From a virus (lineage: Duplodnaviria; Heunggongvirae; Uroviricota; Caudoviricetes), in the IMG/VR virus record IMGVR_UViG_3300028549_001428: DNA of 64,000 bases; one strand, written 5' to 3'. The position numbers and the translations under genes are program-made. Under the pieces are notes generated by a model. The model had not been told where the DNA came from, searched no databases, and saw only the letters and a program-made list of their open reading frames with translations. Positions within the stretch are counted from its first letter, which is position 1. Each line of letters starts with the position of its first letter. Shown here one piece after another: positions 61,701 through 64,000 of the stretch.

Positions 61701-62661
61701 TATTTAAGTCATTAGTATCTGTAGTAGTGTGTTTAGCTTGACTTGGATTGTTATAATCAACTATTTCTATAGTAGGTGATATAGTATCTGCTTGTTCGAT
61801 AATACTTTCACGAACAATGGGCATATCCTTTGTTGGATATTCCCAAGCATCAGGTAATTTATCAATATTGGTTGTAATACGTGTTGCACCATTTATTATA
61901 TCCAATTCACCAAAATGCTCTGGTTGTATCTCTTTTGTTGATCCTGTGTGTTTGCCTTTATTTTTTTCTTTAGCTTTTATAAAGAAGTCATCTAATATAC
62001 GGAAACCATCTACAATATTATCAGATGCTGGTTTCGTCTCGGTTGTAGATTCTTTCTTTATATCTTCTTTAGGTGTTTCTTTTTTCTTTTCTTTTGGTTT
62101 ATTAAAACCTGGAATGTTAATTCCATCATATACAACATCAACCCGATAACCGTCAGGTATCTTAAATCCATTACCGTCTTTTTCGATTGGAATAAACATT
62201 TGATTTCCATCTTTGTCTACTCCTAACATAACGTGTCCACCGAGTTCTTTAATCTTTTCATATTCCTCTGATACCGCATGAGTTTCAAAGAAATGATGCT
62301 TTTGTTGGTACGTTAAATATTTTGTAAATAACATATTTATAAATCGATTTCTATTTCGATTTGTTTTTAACCATATGTATATACGTTCTGATAAAGGTAG
62401 TGATTTTATGTATGTTTCAACAATACCAAATAACATCTTTTTTGATTCATATGCGCTACTGTGCGCATTTTTATATGATATAGTATCATTTTTATTAATG
62501 ATAAATTTGTGTTTGTATAATTCTTTGAATAGATCGCCTGTAAACCTTACATTCACACGTGCTTTTTTTCCATCTGAGGTGGTTACATATTTTGTTTGAT
62601 GTCCACCACCATTAAATGGGTCTATTTCTACATTGATATCTGGTATTGAATCTTCTCTCAT
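61678..62661 (-). CDS. hypothetical protein
   Basis: Likely start MREDS at 62661 after AGGA SD (upstream extension overlaps a tRNA). Confidence 0.7.
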   Translation of the reverse strand: MREDSIPDINVEIDPFNGGGHQTKYVTTSDGKKARVNVRFTGDLFKELYKHKFIINKNDTISYKNAHSSAYESKKMLFGIVETYIKSLPLSERIYIWLKTNRNRNRFINMLFTKYLTYQQKHHFFETHAVSEEYEKIKELGGHVMLGVDKDGNQMFIPIEKDGNGFKIPDGYRVDVVYDGINIPGFNKPKEKKKETPKEDIKKESTTETKPASDNIVDGFRILDDFFIKAKEKNKGKHTGSTKEIQPEHFGELDIINGATRITTNIDKLPDAWEYPTKDMPIVRESIIEQADTISPTIEIVDYNNPSQAKHTTTDTNDLNNESSASK

Positions 62662-62711
62662 ATAATGTCCTATTATATTTTTATATAAATATACATTATT
62701 TTTTAAAATAG

Positions 62712-62784
62712 TCCAGTAGATGGTAATCGAAACCATATATTCGCATTCACAGTGCGATGCACTAACCACTTATGCTACTACGGG
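62712..62784 (-). tRNA. tRNA-His(GUG)-like, atypical (no G-1, A73, C3:U70 mismatch)
   Basis: CCCGTAG TA GCAT..GTGC A TCGCA-CTGTGAA-TGCGA ATAT ATGGT-TTCGATT-ACCAT CTACTGG A. Confidence 0.7.
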
Positions 62785-62834
62785 GATGATAAAACTATTG
62801 GATGTAGGTGGGTTACACCGACATAATATAATTA

Positions 62835-62920
62835 CGGAGATAGTAGGACTCGAACCTACACTGCCCACAAGGAGCACTTGATTTCCAGTCAAGGCCGTTA
62901 CCAATTACGGTTATATCTCC
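62835..62920 (-). tRNA. tRNA-Ser(GGA)
   Basis: GGAGATA acceptor, CTTGA-CTGGAAA-TCAAG, long variable arm, GTTCGA, G73. Confidence 0.92.
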
Positions 62921-62930
62921 AAAAACTTAA

Positions 62931-63015
62931 AGGAGAGTATGGGGGTTGAACCCATAAGAGGCTATTAACCTCGCAGGTTTAGCAAACCTGTGCCTTACCA
63001 TTAGGCTAACTCTCC
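62931..63015 (-). tRNA. tRNA-Ser(GCU)
   Basis: GGAGAGT acceptor, CAGGT-TTGCTAA-ACCTG, long variable arm. Confidence 0.88.
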
Positions 63016-63065
63016 GAAAACAAATATATGTAAGGCAATAATCCTTTACTCTTACATATATTCTA

Positions 63066-63413
63066 TGGAAGTGTCGGGCATCGATTCCCGAGTCCATTCA
63101 ATGCATCTACCTAACCGATACAGTCATTCCAATGATCCACTAATTCAACCTACTCAACTCTACGGATATCCACTGGCATTTTTGTGAGTAATATGGTCTA
63201 GATTGATTTTTGGCTCCACCAATCAGGAGCGTTCTTTTGATCTATATGACATCACGCTGAAACCGATCACTTCTCAGATGACGTGGCTGGGATTAAGCAG
63301 CCATTGCGAACTGATGTTCTGCAATTATTTTTTGATAGATTATTAACGAGGCCAACCATCATCCTCGGACTGCGGTATCAGTATCAACATAAATGTCGAA
63401 ACCAAGCACCCCC
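63066..63413 (-). ncRNA. ssrA: tmRNA; tag peptide (A)AEHQFAMAA
   Basis: 5' GGGGGTG..TTCGAC, G3:U70 acceptor with CACTTCC-A, 3' GGACTCGGG-AATCGATG-CCCGA; tag ORF GCA GAA CAT CAG TTC GCA ATG GCT GCT TAA at 63322-63293. Confidence 0.93.
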
Positions 63414-63433
63414 AATATCAAACAAACTTTTAG

Positions 63434-63516
63434 GGTGAAGAACGAGACTTGAACTCGCAAGCCTTTCGGCACAGGAATCACAATCCTGCATGTTTACCAT
63501 TTCCATCATCTCCACC
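63434..63516 (-). tRNA. tRNA-His(GUG) with long variable arm
   Basis: G-1:C73, GTGGAGA/TCTTCAC acceptor, CAGGA-TTGTGAT-TCCTG, V-arm TGCC-GAAA-GGCTT. Confidence 0.88.
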
Positions 63517-63529
63517 ATGATTATTTTTA

Positions 63530-63603
63530 AGCTCTCGACAGGACTCGAACCTGCATATGACTGTTTTGCAGACAGTTGCCTTATCCATTTTGGCTACGAG
63601 AGC
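63530..63603 (-). tRNA. tRNA-Cys(GCA)
   Basis: GCTCTCG acceptor, ACTGT-CTGCAAA-ACAGT, U73. Confidence 0.92.
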
Positions 63604-63707
63604 ATTGTATTAATTTTATATGGTCTGTATTAACAAAGAATTCAATATTTATTTCATCGTTTTCTAAGTCTCTATCATCCCATATATTTTCAATGTCTTC
63701 AATATTT

Positions 63708-63911
63708 TCAGTTTCGTATATCATATGAAATCTGTTTATACTGCTTGTCTCTATACTGTTTCCAGTTGCGTTGATAATAAGAACCTGCATGTCGGTTACA
63801 TCCTCTATTAGCACCACATCTTTCACACTTGAAACTATATTGTAACAATCTACGATAAACATATGAGTTTGTTGTAGATTTCATTTCTTGTTTTTCTATT
63901 GTTTTTCTCAT
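63708..63911 (-). CDS. small basic Cys-motif protein within tRNA cluster
   Basis: AAGGA SD; CERC...GCN...RNWKQYR.KQYK. Confidence 0.55.
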   Translation of the reverse strand: MRKTIEKQEMKSTTNSYVYRRLLQYSFKCERCGANRGCNRHAGSYYQRNWKQYRDKQYKQISYDIRN

Positions 63912-63982
63912 GAATTAGATCCTTTGTTAAAGTACCTAATTCTCCATTGCTGTATACATTATTAATCCTTTATAAATTGTTA

Positions 63983-64000
63983 GCAGAAGATGAGGGACTC
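63983..64000 (-). tRNA. 3' end of a tRNA truncated by window edge
   Basis: Minus-strand GAGTCCCTCATCTTCTGC fits T-loop end, T-stem and acceptor 3' strand; lies in tRNA array. Confidence 0.5.

Noticed and set aside
62800-63061. Hairpins between tRNAs (62802-62824, 63024-63061) as separate ncRNAs
   Set aside because: Short spacer stem-loops, most simply processing or stability elements
63581-63862. 93-aa minus-strand ORF
   Set aside because: Overlaps tRNA-Cys and the better-supported 63708-63911 ORF; no SD

Overview
AT-rich (about 30% GC by eye), densely coding 64-kb segment of a large T4-like myovirus (probable jumbo phage) using the standard genetic code. It carries a T4-type replication and recombination set (UvsX, gp41, gp32, gp61, gp45, gp43 PolB, gp44/62, UvsY, gp47, dUTPase) and tail/baseplate genes (sheath, tube, gp25 fused to a giant Ig/adhesin-like region, gp26/51-like chaperone, tape-measure-like, gp48/53/27/5, gp4). 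It also has several glycosyltransferase or sugar-enzyme-like genes, an Acb1/57B-like 2H phosphoesterase, IF-1, a DnaJ C-terminus, a tmRNA and a tRNA cluster. Three different IS200/IS605-family elements sit harmlessly at gene junctions: an IsrB + omegaRNA element (632-1945), a TnpA+TnpB element (40203-41848) and an ORF-less RNA-only element (~38623-39054). The last encodes a long bipartite structured RNA and is the best candidate for an undescribed system. Other notable signals are a TATAAACTA late-promoter regulon, a shared ~33-aa motif in late proteins, a candidate +1 frameshift in the tail chaperone, a frameshifted secreted gene and two atypical tRNA-His genes. All calls come from reading motifs by eye; no database searches were run.
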